A stretch of 64,000 nt of DNA from an uncultured Actinomycetes bacterium (GCA_963744065.1 CAVUSN010000017.1:18496-82495), one strand, 5' to 3'. Shown: positions 49,778 to 58,388, counted from the first letter of the stretch. Program-made: numbers and translations. Notes: generated by a model not told the origin, from the sequence alone.

Positions 49778-50132
49778 ATGATGGACGCTGCCTCGGATCG
49801 CTTCTGTAGGCACTGTGGAGGAGCAATCGCGCATCCATCGCGGTTCTGCTCAAGGTGCGGTTCGCCGGCCCGTGCAGCCGAGAAGGCTGATCCGAATCGG
49901 GGCTGTGTTGTTCGTAGGTGGGGCGGTCGGAGGAGGGCTCGTTCGGCGCCATGGTCGCTGGCGGGAAGTGGTCGTTGGGAGCCTGCTGCTGGGGGGACTG
50001 GCCGCCTACTTCGCCTTCGCTGGTTTCGCGTCGGCCCACACCGCCAGGTCCAGGTGTCCCCAGGGTGGGGATCCATGCGACATGACCAACACGATGGGCG
50101 CAGCCCTGGGTGCACTGCCAGCTGGGTGGTGA
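49778..50132 (+). CDS. zinc-ribbon membrane protein candidate (apparent frameshift ~49895)
   Basis: The N-terminus MMDAASDRFCRHCGGAIAHPSRFCSRCG is a CxxC..CxxC zinc ribbon in ORF 49778... Two hydrophobic helices (IGAVLFVGGAVGGGLV, VVVGSLLLGGLAAYFAFAGFA) are readable only in ORF 49815..50132. Confidence 0.4.
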
Positions 50133-50257
50133 TGATCGGCGGGCTCGGCGGCCGCGCCGTCGCCCGGCTCGCTCAGCGCTTCCCGGGGTGACCAGCGTGG
50201 GCCGGAACCCACCGGCGCCGGGACGCGTCCAACTGTGCCATCGAGAAGGAGGAGCTC

Positions 50258-50584
50258 ATGTGGCCGAGGCTGATCGCAGTCCTCGCGGCAGTGACGCTGA
50301 CCGGGGTGGGTGCATTCGCGGCCGGGCGCGCCAGTGTGGGATCGCCGCCCAAGCAAACACCGGTGGGGGCGCTTGACCGGGCCGCCCTGTTTCGCCTGGC
50401 AAACACCTGCATCTCGCTGCGAAACCAGTACAGCTCGCTACTGAATCGAACGACGCTCGCAAATACGACCGGACTCGCACTGCGTGGTCCGCTCGTTCTG
50501 CCCAAGAGCTTCGCGCTGACACCGGCGCACGTCCGGTTCATCCTCGAACCCTGCTTGGGTCAGCCTCAGCGCTCACTCGGCTGA
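50258..50584 (+). CDS. hypothetical small secreted protein
   Basis: A strong SD (gaaggagg) lies 6-7 nt upstream of the ATG. Signal peptide MWPRLIAVLAAVTLTGVGAFAAG. 108 aa. GC3 is lower than in the backbone genes. Confidence 0.6.
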   Translation: MWPRLIAVLAAVTLTGVGAFAAGRASVGSPPKQTPVGALDRAALFRLANTCISLRNQYSSLLNRTTLANTTGLALRGPLVLPKSFALTPAHVRFILEPCLGQPQRSLG

Positions 50585-50600
50585 GCCAACCCTGACACTG

Positions 50601-50646
50601 GCCACTTGGCCGTTGCAGCGGTGGCCAGTTGGCCGTTCTGACGATG
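50601..50646 (+). repeat. GCCACTTGG repeat family, locus E: two phased 23-bp units
   Basis: gccacttggccgttgcagcggtg (50601-50623) and gccagttggccgttctgacgatg (50624-50646), located between two convergent gene ends. Confidence 0.8.
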
Positions 50647-50676
50647 CGGAGCTGAGCCCTGGCCGCGGAGGAGCGG

Positions 50677-51546
50677 CTAGCCGACGTTCCGGCAGGGATC
50701 GCCGGCGGGCGTGAAGGACTCGAGCTCGTGGTAGCGCTGGTCGAACACCGACAGGCTGAAGCGGCCGGGCGCGGGGCGCTTCCAGGACACGATCGGGGTG
50801 ACGCCCGGGCCCATCACCGTCAGCCGGTACTCGTTGCCGCGACCTGGGTGGGTGCGCCCGAACATGGCGTACATGCCGATGCAGAAGTTGCCGGCGCTGC
50901 GGTGCGTGAGCGCGGAGTTGAAGCGGTACCAGCCGGAACCCCAGGCCGGGTTGTGCGTGTCCAGGTAGACGTTTCGGCCGTACCCGTCCAGCGGAGCCCC
51001 GCGATTGGTCGAGGAGAACCCGTACACCGGCACGCCGTTGTACTTGAGGTAGCCGAACACCTCGTCGAAGCGGCCCTGGTTGAGCCAGCTGGTGTCGGCG
51101 AACAGCACCGGCAGCTTGCCCGACCAGTGCGACAGGTGCAGCTCCTTGGACTGCCGCCGCGGGGTGCTCGTCCAGCCGCCGTCGCGCAGCTCCCGGCGCC
51201 ACGTCTGCAGCGCCCAGTTCGTCCCGTCCGGCATCGTGCAGGCGAACACGATGTGCGACAGCCCCGGCCCCTTATACGGGCCGCAGGCGTTGTGCATCTT
51301 CTTCCAGTAGCCCGCCCCGAACGAGCCATAGCCGCCCGAGTAGTCGAGCTTGAACGTGATCTGGGGCACGCTGGCGTTGGGCGTGCGGGCGTTGAGTCCG
51401 CTCCACGCCAGCACGTGCATGACCCGGCCGTTCGGAGCCCGGTAGGTGATCCGAGCGATGCCAGACTTGTTGACGATCAGCTTGGGGTGTGAAGCTCCCC
51501 AGGCGATCATCTGGCTGGCGAGGGCGGGGGTGGCCATTGCCGCCAA
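50677..51546 (-). CDS. hypothetical secreted protein (N-terminus uncertain)
   Basis: 289-aa ORF (..YSGGYGSFGAGYWKKMHNACGPYKG..NPAWGSGWYRFNSALTH..). Upstream, the in-frame sequence reads ISGLRRTLALIGGSAIALAAMATPALA (signal-peptide-like) but has no in-frame ATG/GTG. The nearest ATG (~51610) is out of frame. Confidence 0.55.
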   Translation of the reverse strand: MAAMATPALASQMIAWGASHPKLIVNKSGIARITYRAPNGRVMHVLAWSGLNARTPNASVPQITFKLDYSGGYGSFGAGYWKKMHNACGPYKGPGLSHIVFACTMPDGTNWALQTWRRELRDGGWTSTPRRQSKELHLSHWSGKLPVLFADTSWLNQGRFDEVFGYLKYNGVPVYGFSSTNRGAPLDGYGRNVYLDTHNPAWGSGWYRFNSALTHRSAGNFCIGMYAMFGRTHPGRGNEYRLTVMGPGVTPIVSWKRPAPGRFSLSVFDQRYHELESFTPAGDPCRNVG

Positions 51547-51767
51547 AGCGATGGCCGATCCACCAATCAGGGCGAGTGTTCGTCGCAGACCGGAGATGCG
51601 GGCAGTATCGGCAGCATTTCGCGATCAGCCAGTGAGGGTCCTGTAAGGATTCCGTTCGGGCAACTGCGGTGCGTGCTCACAGCTTTCCGATTTCCCCTCG
51701 AACGGGTGAGGCGGGTCGAGCTCGATCACACGATGCTTTCCCTGCAACCACTGTGAGAGGGGTCTCA

Positions 51768-51938
51768 ATGATGGTGCGACGAGTTCCCGAGGCTGAGGAG
51801 TCGTGGGAGTACGCCGATCGGCCGACGGTGCTGGAGTGGGCTCAGGGGCACGTTGCCATCGCGGTCGCAGCGGCCGCGCTGATCTGGTTCGGCGTCGTCT
51901 ACGTGATGACGCTGATCGTTGATCTGTTTATGCGCTAG
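51768..51938 (+). CDS. hypothetical small single-pass membrane protein
   Basis: MMVRRVPEAEESWEYADRPTVLEWAQGHVAIAVAAAALIWFGVVYVMTLIVDLFMR. gagagggg lies upstream. Its tail meets the ECF sigma gene tail-to-tail with a 4-nt overlap. Confidence 0.4.
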   Translation: MMVRRVPEAEESWEYADRPTVLEWAQGHVAIAVAAAALIWFGVVYVMTLIVDLFMR

Positions 51939-52486
51939 GCGCTTGCGGGCGAGGAGCCGGCGGCATCAGATCGCAGCTCGGCCGCGCGGTCGGCCTGCGG
52001 AGCCGGGGCGGAGGACGGGTCGATCATGGCCCGCAGGCGGCCCAGCGCGCGGTGCAGGGCGACCTCGGCCGCGTTCGTCTGCATGTCCAGCAGCTCCGCG
52101 ATCTGGGCGGCCGTCAGGTCGGCGCCGTAGCGCAGGGCGAGCAGCTCGCGATCCCGCGCCGGCAGCGTGGCCATCGCCGTCTGCAGGCTGATGCGGGTGA
52201 TCGAGTCGTGCTCCAGCTGCCCGCTGTCGGGCTGCTCGGGCAGGTCGCCAACCGGTACCTCCTGCTGGCCAGCCCGCTCCGCCAGCACACGGCGGGTGAT
52301 CCCGATCAGCCAGGTGGCCGGGGATCCGCGGGACGGGTCGTAGCTCTTGCGGTAGCGCAGCGCCCGCTCGAACACATCGCTGGTCACGTCCTCAGCGTCC
52401 GGGCCGGCGCCGATCCGGTACGCGACATAGGCGTACACGCGCTGGGCCAGCTCGTCCGGATGGCGGAGGGGGTCGCGACGTCGCAC
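51935..52486 (-). CDS. ECF-type RNA polymerase sigma factor (sigma-70 family)
   Basis: Region 2: AEDVTSDVFERALRYRKSYDPSRGSPATWLIGITRRVL. Region 4: LPARDRELLALRYGADLTAAQIAELLDMQTNAAEVALHRALGRLR. Confidence 0.85.
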   Translation of the reverse strand: MRRRDPLRHPDELAQRVYAYVAYRIGAGPDAEDVTSDVFERALRYRKSYDPSRGSPATWLIGITRRVLAERAGQQEVPVGDLPEQPDSGQLEHDSITRISLQTAMATLPARDRELLALRYGADLTAAQIAELLDMQTNAAEVALHRALGRLRAMIDPSSAPAPQADRAAELRSDAAGSSPASA

Positions 52487-52531
52487 ACTACGAGGGTACG
52501 TGCGGGCGGTCGGCGTGGGAAGGGTGATACC

Positions 52532-52594
52532 GGGGTCGGGTGCCCTTGACCCGACCCCAGAAATGCTGCGGGCCCCGCCACGAACGGGGCCCGC
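52532..52594 (-). terminator. two tandem GC-rich hairpins downstream of the 52624..53061 gene
   Basis: ggggtcgggt/acccgacccc (52532-52558, 10-bp stem, 7-nt loop) and gcgggccccg/cggggcccgc (52568-52594, 10-bp stem, 7-nt loop). They begin 30 nt past the stop of the minus-strand gene. Confidence 0.6.
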
Positions 52595-52623
52595 GCACGC
52601 AACTGACTTCTACCGCTTAGCGG

Positions 52624-53061
52624 CTACCAGCCGAAGCCGTAGCCCCCTCCCTTACCGCCGTAGTTGCCGTAGTTGCCGTTGCCGCCCTGGTCGCCACCGT
52701 TGTGGCAGTGCTTCTTGGGAGGCTTGGGCGGGTAGTTCTTGTAGCAGCTGCCGCTCGAAGAGCCGCCGTACCCGTTGTAGTTGCCCCAGCTGTTCCCGCC
52801 CTTGAGCGAGTTCGACTGCGAGTTCGAGCCGAACGAGTGGCTCACGGTGCCGAACGCGAAACCGACGCCGCCCATGGCGCTCATGGCGCCGAGGGTGGAC
52901 GTGGTCAGCACCAGCGCAAGCGCTGTTCGGCGTGCCGGGCTGGTACCCGGATGCACCCGCCGGGCGATCGATCGCTGGACGCTGCGATCGAGCGTGGGCC
53001 GGCCCGACCGAAGCTCGCCCTCAAGCTTCGAAATCGGATCCTCTGGTCGAAAGATGTCCAC
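52624..53061 (-). CDS. single-pass membrane protein with a Gly/Tyr/Asn/Ser-rich low-complexity C-terminal tail
   Basis: 145 aa with a charged N-terminus and one TM (ALALVLTTSTLGAMSAMGGVGFAFG). The tail is ..GSNSQSNSLKGGNSWGNYNGYGGSSSGSCYKNYPPKPPKKHCHNGGDQGGNGNYGNYGGKGGGYGFGW*. No family recognised. Confidence 0.6.
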   Translation of the reverse strand: MDIFRPEDPISKLEGELRSGRPTLDRSVQRSIARRVHPGTSPARRTALALVLTTSTLGAMSAMGGVGFAFGTVSHSFGSNSQSNSLKGGNSWGNYNGYGGSSSGSCYKNYPPKPPKKHCHNGGDQGGNGNYGNYGGKGGGYGFGW

Positions 53062-53151
53062 TATCTGCCTCCGTCACATTTCGCTGACACCCTATGTACC
53101 GGGGTTTGGGGCGAAACCCTTACAGCCCGTGCGAAGGTTTCTCGGGTACGC

Positions 53152-55089
53152 CTAGTTGGACGTCGGCGGCGGCTGGATGCCCGGCTCGTTGGGGTCCAGC
53201 TGGCGAGCCCGCACCAGGGCCGCCTCGCGGGCCTTGCCGGCCGACGCCCGGGCCACCCCGAACCAGGTCTGCCAGTCGTGGCCGTTGTCCTGCGTGGCCC
53301 GTTTGAAGGCGGTCACGGCGGCCGGGAAGTTCCCCTGGCCGATGCGCGCCTCGCCCAGGGCGATCCACGACGTCTCCATCCACGGCGCCCAGCTGGTGGC
53401 CGTGTTGGCCTCGCTGACGGCGCTGGCCCAGTTGCCGCTGGCCGACGCATCCGCACTGCGCGAGATGGCCAGGTTGACGCGCAGGCCGTAGGCGGTGATC
53501 AGGGTCAAGAGGACGATCGCCGTCACGGCCACCGCCCGCACCCGCGGCAGGTCGATCGGCGGCGAGGGGTCGGGGCGGGCCTCCAGCATGATCGCCATGG
53601 CCACCGCCAGCGCCGCCATCGTCACCCCGGTCAGCTGCCAGTCCCAGTCGGCGCCGGTGTGCAGCAGGAAGGCGGCGTAGACGCCGAGGGCGATCGGCAC
53701 CAGAGGATGCGCACGGGCCCGCCAGGCGGCGTACAGCGCCGGCAGCAGCCCGGCCAGAAGCAGCAGCAGGCCGACCGGGCCGAGATCCGCCAGCGTCTCC
53801 AGGTACAGGCTGTGAGCCCACTGGGCGCGCAGAGTGCCGGTTCGGTGCTGCAGGTAGTAGGCGGCGAACTGGCCGGAGCCGGCGCCCACCAGCGGGTGCG
53901 CCTCGTATTCGTGCCAGGCCGCCTTCCACAGGCTCAGGCGGGCGTCGCCGGACAGGCTGAACAGGCGCGCGTTCAGGCTCTTGCCCTGGTGGCCGCGGGT
54001 CGGCTTGAAACCGCCCGGGGCCGACGACGAGAAGCCGTTGTACACCCGGTGCCAGATCTGCGCAGGCGAGCCGTAGACGGCAAACGGGGTGATCACCGCG
54101 ATCACGATCAGGCCCAGCGCCAGCCAGTGGCCGGTGCGGGTGACCTGCGCCGACGGGCTCCAGCGGCGCATGACGACGCCCAGCCCGAGCACGCTTGCGA
54201 CAAGCGGGATGGCGCCGGCGGCCATCACGATGGCCAGCCGGTGGCCCTGGGTGGTGGTGCTCGCGATCGGCGAGGACAGGTGGGTGAGGGCCGACGAGTT
54301 GGCTGCCACGCCCACGTCCAGGGCCAGCCACGGCGCGGCGGCCAGCCCGGTCACCAGCAGTTGCCAGCGCTGGCGGTCGAAGGCCAGCGCCACCACCAGC
54401 CCGAAGGCCAGCGAGATCCAGGCACCGCGGCTGAAGGTCTGATACAGGCCTGTCGCCAGCACCGGCATGGTGGCCGCTGCGAGTCCCCGAGCCAGCAGGG
54501 TGCGTGACCGGGTGGCCATGCCGAGCGCGAGCAGAAGGCCCATGGCGGCGGTGATGCCCACGCCGTTCCAGTAGCCCACCGGCGCCGCCAGCCGGCCGGT
54601 CTGGGCGATCCCGTTGATGGCCGTGGTGGAGGGGAAGAGCAGGCCGGTCAGCCCGTCGCCGACGACCACGGTCAGCGCGCCCAGCGTGCCGGCCAGGACG
54701 GCTGTTGTCGAGCCGCGACGGGCCACCAGCGCCAGCGCCGAGAGGCCGGCAACGTACACGATCACCCGCTCTGCCGAGAGCGCCGCCGAGCCGATGTCGT
54801 GCGACCACACGGCCGAGATCAGCATCCACACGCCCAGCAGCCCGATCCCGCCGATGCTGACAAGCTCCGCCCGGGATGGCTGCTGGCAGTCGGTCAGCAC
54901 CAGCATGAGGCCGGCAGCCCACAGCAGCGCCGCTGCGCTCCAGCCCCAGGCCGGCGGGTTGTAGCCGCCGTTGGCTGCCGCCAGCGGCGCCACCGCCAGG
55001 AACGCAAGCACGCCCGGCAGCAGCGTGTGCAGCTCGGGCCGGTGCAGCACGGCCCGCGGCGTCGACATGGCAGCCTCGTGGCTGCTCAT
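53152..55089 (-). CDS. O-antigen ligase / Wzy_C-family polytopic membrane protein with a TPR-like C-terminal domain
   Basis: Ten or more hydrophobic helices with ..LYQTFSRGAWISLAFGLVV.. and ..AHSLYLETLADLGPVG.. (Wzy_C-like loop). The C-terminus WIALGEARIGQGNFPAAVTAFKRATQDNGHDWQTWFGVA.. is TPR-like. Confidence 0.7.
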   Translation of the reverse strand: MSSHEAAMSTPRAVLHRPELHTLLPGVLAFLAVAPLAAANGGYNPPAWGWSAAALLWAAGLMLVLTDCQQPSRAELVSIGGIGLLGVWMLISAVWSHDIGSAALSAERVIVYVAGLSALALVARRGSTTAVLAGTLGALTVVVGDGLTGLLFPSTTAINGIAQTGRLAAPVGYWNGVGITAAMGLLLALGMATRSRTLLARGLAAATMPVLATGLYQTFSRGAWISLAFGLVVALAFDRQRWQLLVTGLAAAPWLALDVGVAANSSALTHLSSPIASTTTQGHRLAIVMAAGAIPLVASVLGLGVVMRRWSPSAQVTRTGHWLALGLIVIAVITPFAVYGSPAQIWHRVYNGFSSSAPGGFKPTRGHQGKSLNARLFSLSGDARLSLWKAAWHEYEAHPLVGAGSGQFAAYYLQHRTGTLRAQWAHSLYLETLADLGPVGLLLLLAGLLPALYAAWRARAHPLVPIALGVYAAFLLHTGADWDWQLTGVTMAALAVAMAIMLEARPDPSPPIDLPRVRAVAVTAIVLLTLITAYGLRVNLAISRSADASASGNWASAVSEANTATSWAPWMETSWIALGEARIGQGNFPAAVTAFKRATQDNGHDWQTWFGVARASAGKAREAALVRARQLDPNEPGIQPPPTSN

Positions 55090-55207
55090 GCGCAGGGCAG
55101 AATCGACGACAGATCTCGCACACCCCTACGGTACGTGTGCGCGAGCGACCTGTCGAATCCGCCGTGTGCCCGTCGCGCGGCCGCCCGTGGGCACGTATCG
55201 TTGAGCG

Positions 55208-55744
55208 ATGAACCGGCGCACCCTGACCCCGATCCTGGTCACCCTGGTGGTGCTGGCCGGCGCGGCCGGCTACTGGATGGTCAAGGTGCGCGCGCGGGCC
55301 GATGCGGCGGCGGTCACCTCGCATGTGGAGAAGGCGTATCCGGGCGCGCGCGTGGGCTGCGTGCAGATGCAGTCCAACGGCTCGGCGTGGTCGTGCGCGG
55401 CCGTCTATCAGGCCGAGTACCTGTGTGTGCATGCCAGTGTGTCGGTGCTGGGCAAGATCACCGCCGGCCTGGGCAAGCACAAGTGCTCATCCCAGCCGCA
55501 GCTGGCCGCCATGGTGCCGCAGTCGGTCACCCCGACGGCGATTGCGGCGGACGTGACCCGGATCGAGACCGGCGTCCCCTTCACCTGTATCCAGCCCGGC
55601 AACGGCAAGAGCCACTGGGTGTGCGGCCGCAAGACCGGCGGCGCCATCGACTGCCGGATGGTGTCGGTGCTGGCCTGGCAGCCGCTGAAACTGAAGGCGG
55701 GCGGCTCGGCCTGCATCAACCACAGGGCTGCGCTCGGCCTGTAG
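55208..55744 (+). CDS. hypothetical membrane-anchored Cys-rich protein
   Basis: N-terminal TM (TLTPILVTLVVLAGAAGYWMV). The ectodomain has eight Cys. No family recognised. Confidence 0.5.
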   Translation: MNRRTLTPILVTLVVLAGAAGYWMVKVRARADAAAVTSHVEKAYPGARVGCVQMQSNGSAWSCAAVYQAEYLCVHASVSVLGKITAGLGKHKCSSQPQLAAMVPQSVTPTAIAADVTRIETGVPFTCIQPGNGKSHWVCGRKTGGAIDCRMVSVLAWQPLKLKAGGSACINHRAALGL

Positions 55745-55746
55745 GG

Positions 55747-57099
55747 CTAGGCCGCGGGCTCGGCGCCGGCGGTCTGGCCGGTGGCCAGCGGCGGCCGCGG
55801 CGTGCTCTGCATGTGCCCGATCTCGGCCAGCAGCCCCCGCCACCACAGGATCCCGCCCACCCACAGCGCCAGCGCCAGGCCGATGGCGGCACCCTCGGCG
55901 CCGCCCAGGTAGGCCCCCGCTGTGGTCGCCGGCAGCGCCATCACGCCGGTGATCAGTCGCGCTCGCAGACTGCGTTTGGCCGCCGCCAGCGCCCGCAGGC
56001 CGACGGTGGCGCCGGTCAGCATGCCGGCCGCGGCCATCACCGCCGCGTAGGCCAGGATGACCCTGTGGGCGGGCTCCCAGGAGTGGCGCAGGAGTGCGTG
56101 TCCGTAGCGGGTGGGCAGGAAGTACATGCCGACCCCGAACACCACCGACGCGCCGGCCAGGCCGCCGGCCACCGCCACGGTGAACCGCAGCATGCGTTGC
56201 GGGGAGCGCTTGGACAGGTGCACGGCCTCGGTGATGGCGGGTGCCGTGATGCCCATGTTGAGGATGTTCAGCGGGCCCAGCACGACCTGCGCGCCGCGCA
56301 GCGCGCCGGCCGCCGCCAGTCCGCCGAAAGCTCCGGCCATGTACATCGAGCCGGCGTTGGCCGCGCCGCGGGCGATGAACTCGACCAGGTAGCGGGGCGA
56401 CAGGTCGCGCTGCGAGCGCAGCCAGGCCAGCGTGCTCAGCGGCGCCGGCACGATCCGGGCCTGCACGATCCCAAAAAGGGCGGCCGCGTTGGCCGCGCCG
56501 CCCCAGGCCAGCACGAACATCGGCGTCGTCCGCCGGCCGGCGATCCACACCGCCCCGACGAAGACGATCTGGGCGATCGCCCAGGCGAAGTCGTTGGCAA
56601 ACGCCCAGCTCCCGCGCCGGCGCGAGAAGAACGCGGTGCGCCAGGTGTCCTGCACGATCAGTCCGGGCATGCACAGCGCCAGCGCCAGCAGCGAATCGCG
56701 CAGCGTACCGGTGAACGCGAATGCGGCGACCGCGCAGCCCAGCCCCGAGATCCCGCCCAGCACCATCGCTGCGCCGGTCGACCTGCGGGTGCCCTCCCGC
56801 CAGGTCTCCTCCGCGGTGGCGCTGAAGCGCACGCCCAGCGGCTCGGAGCAGAACGCGCGGGTCGCGCCGAGCGTCAGATTGTAGGTGGTGAACGCCAGGC
56901 CGAACGCGCCGAAGCTGGAGATGCCGACCGCCCGCGCAACCAGCACGGCCAGGGCGAAGTTGGTGATGCTGGACAGCGCCTGGTCGGCCAATCCCCAGCC
57001 CAGTCGGCCGGCGTGCGGCCTGCCGGCTGCGGCGCGAGGCTGGGCGGACATGCCGGCCATCGTAGCTTGTGACCGTTTCCAGGGGCGTACGCGCGACAC
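55747..57099 (-). CDS. polysaccharide flippase-like membrane protein (MOP/Wzx superfamily)
   Basis: About 12 hydrophobic helices. ..LADQALSSITNFALAVLVAR.. is typical of Wzx-type 'polysaccharide biosynthesis protein' N-termini. The real start may be the internal ATG at ~57060 or ~57051. Confidence 0.6.
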   Translation of the reverse strand: MSRVRPWKRSQATMAGMSAQPRAAAGRPHAGRLGWGLADQALSSITNFALAVLVARAVGISSFGAFGLAFTTYNLTLGATRAFCSEPLGVRFSATAEETWREGTRRSTGAAMVLGGISGLGCAVAAFAFTGTLRDSLLALALCMPGLIVQDTWRTAFFSRRRGSWAFANDFAWAIAQIVFVGAVWIAGRRTTPMFVLAWGGAANAAALFGIVQARIVPAPLSTLAWLRSQRDLSPRYLVEFIARGAANAGSMYMAGAFGGLAAAGALRGAQVVLGPLNILNMGITAPAITEAVHLSKRSPQRMLRFTVAVAGGLAGASVVFGVGMYFLPTRYGHALLRHSWEPAHRVILAYAAVMAAAGMLTGATVGLRALAAAKRSLRARLITGVMALPATTAGAYLGGAEGAAIGLALALWVGGILWWRGLLAEIGHMQSTPRPPLATGQTAGAEPAA

Positions 57100-57136
57100 T
57101 GCTCCTCAATGTACGCCCGCTAGCTTGTTGGGCATA

Positions 57137-58330
57137 GTGGACCAGCCATTCCGGCTTCGCGGGTGGGTGCTGGCGGCGGCGCTCGCGCTGGCGGTGGCCG
57201 GCTGCGGGTCGGGTTCGACGCCGCCGCCGCCACCGGCGCCGCCGCCCGACATCGCGCTGTATGCGGGCATGCAGGGCCACCCGCGGCCGTCTGCGGCCGA
57301 CCTGGCGGTGATCGCCCGCTCGGCCCGGCTGGTGGTCGGGACGGTGGCGCAGCTGCAGGTCGTGGCCGGCCAGCTGCGTCAGCTGACGCCCGGCATCAAG
57401 CTGTACGCCTACGTGAACGGCCAGTTCGTGCACCCCGACCAGGGCTCGACCTACCCGGCGTCCTGGTACCTGCGATCGGCGAGCGGCCAGCAGGTGCGCT
57501 CCAGGGTGTTCGGCAACTACCTGATGAACCCACTGCAGCCGGGCTGGACGGCGCAGGTGACGAGCTCCTGCCGGGCCGCCCTGCAGGCGGTGCGAGGGCT
57601 GACCGGCTGCTTTCTGGACATGATCGGCCCGGCGCCGCTGCGGCCCGGGTACGACATGGCGGGGCAGCCTCCGGTCGACCCGGGCACCGGTCAGCCGTTC
57701 GTGCCGTCGGCCTATCTGGCCCTGACCGGCGGCCTGGCCAGGGCGGTGCAGACACAGACCGGGCATCCGGTGATCGCAAACGGCGTGGAGTCGGGCGTGC
57801 ACTACTACGTCGTACCCACCGGCGGGCTGGCCGACGACGTCGCCGGGCTGGAGGTGGAGCACTGGATGGGCCTGAACGACACCCAGGCCATGAAACCGCA
57901 GGCCTGGGCCCAGAACGAGCAGATGCTGATCGATCTGGCCCGCCGTGGGCGCACCGTGCTGGTCAACTTCCACACCCGCAGCGCCGGTGCGGAGGGCGAC
58001 CGCCAGTTCGCGGTGGCGTCGTTCCTGCTGGCCGCCGGCCCCGGCGACTACCTGCAGATCGAGCCGCCCGGCTCGACGGTGCCCAGCTGGCGCTACCCCT
58101 CGCCCGATTACCGCGCCGGCCTGGGCCGGGCGCTGGAATCGCACGCCCGCATCGGCGACTACCTGCGGGGCGGCGTTTACCGCCGCGCGTACACAAACGG
58201 ACTGGTGCTGGTCAACCCGTCGGAGGCACCCGTGACGGTCCGGCTGGGGCCTGGCTACAAGGCGGCAAACGGGCAACCGCTGAAGTCGGTGACGGTGCCT
58301 GCGCACGCCGGCCTGACCATCCACCGCTAG
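57137..58330 (+). CDS. lipoprotein, possibly a glycoside-hydrolase-like TIM-barrel protein (GHL-type); family assignment tentative
   Basis: Lipobox LALAVAGCGSGS and a Pro-rich linker, then ~360 aa (..KLYAYVNG..CFLDMIG..VIANGVE..LEVEHWMG..VLVNFH..). The genomic context is an EPS locus. GTG 57137 lies within ORF 56885..58330. Confidence 0.45.
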   Translation: MDQPFRLRGWVLAAALALAVAGCGSGSTPPPPPAPPPDIALYAGMQGHPRPSAADLAVIARSARLVVGTVAQLQVVAGQLRQLTPGIKLYAYVNGQFVHPDQGSTYPASWYLRSASGQQVRSRVFGNYLMNPLQPGWTAQVTSSCRAALQAVRGLTGCFLDMIGPAPLRPGYDMAGQPPVDPGTGQPFVPSAYLALTGGLARAVQTQTGHPVIANGVESGVHYYVVPTGGLADDVAGLEVEHWMGLNDTQAMKPQAWAQNEQMLIDLARRGRTVLVNFHTRSAGAEGDRQFAVASFLLAAGPGDYLQIEPPGSTVPSWRYPSPDYRAGLGRALESHARIGDYLRGGVYRRAYTNGLVLVNPSEAPVTVRLGPGYKAANGQPLKSVTVPAHAGLTIHR

Positions 58331-58388
58331 CTGACGGGCCGTCCGGTGGCCAGTTGCCGAGTCACCCTCTGCCTCTCATAATCAGGCT

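Noticed and set aside
52702-58324. Very long ORFs overlapping the glycan locus in other frames or strands (53120..55480 -, 786 aa; 55487..58324 -, 945 aa; 52702..54507 +, 601 aa; 54799..57072 +, 757 aa)
   Set aside because: Their translations are Arg/Pro/Gly/Ala-rich low-complexity strings with no motifs. They fully overlap ORFs that have clear membrane-protein or enzyme signatures. These are typical shadow ORFs of high-GC DNA, where stop codons are rare in all frames.
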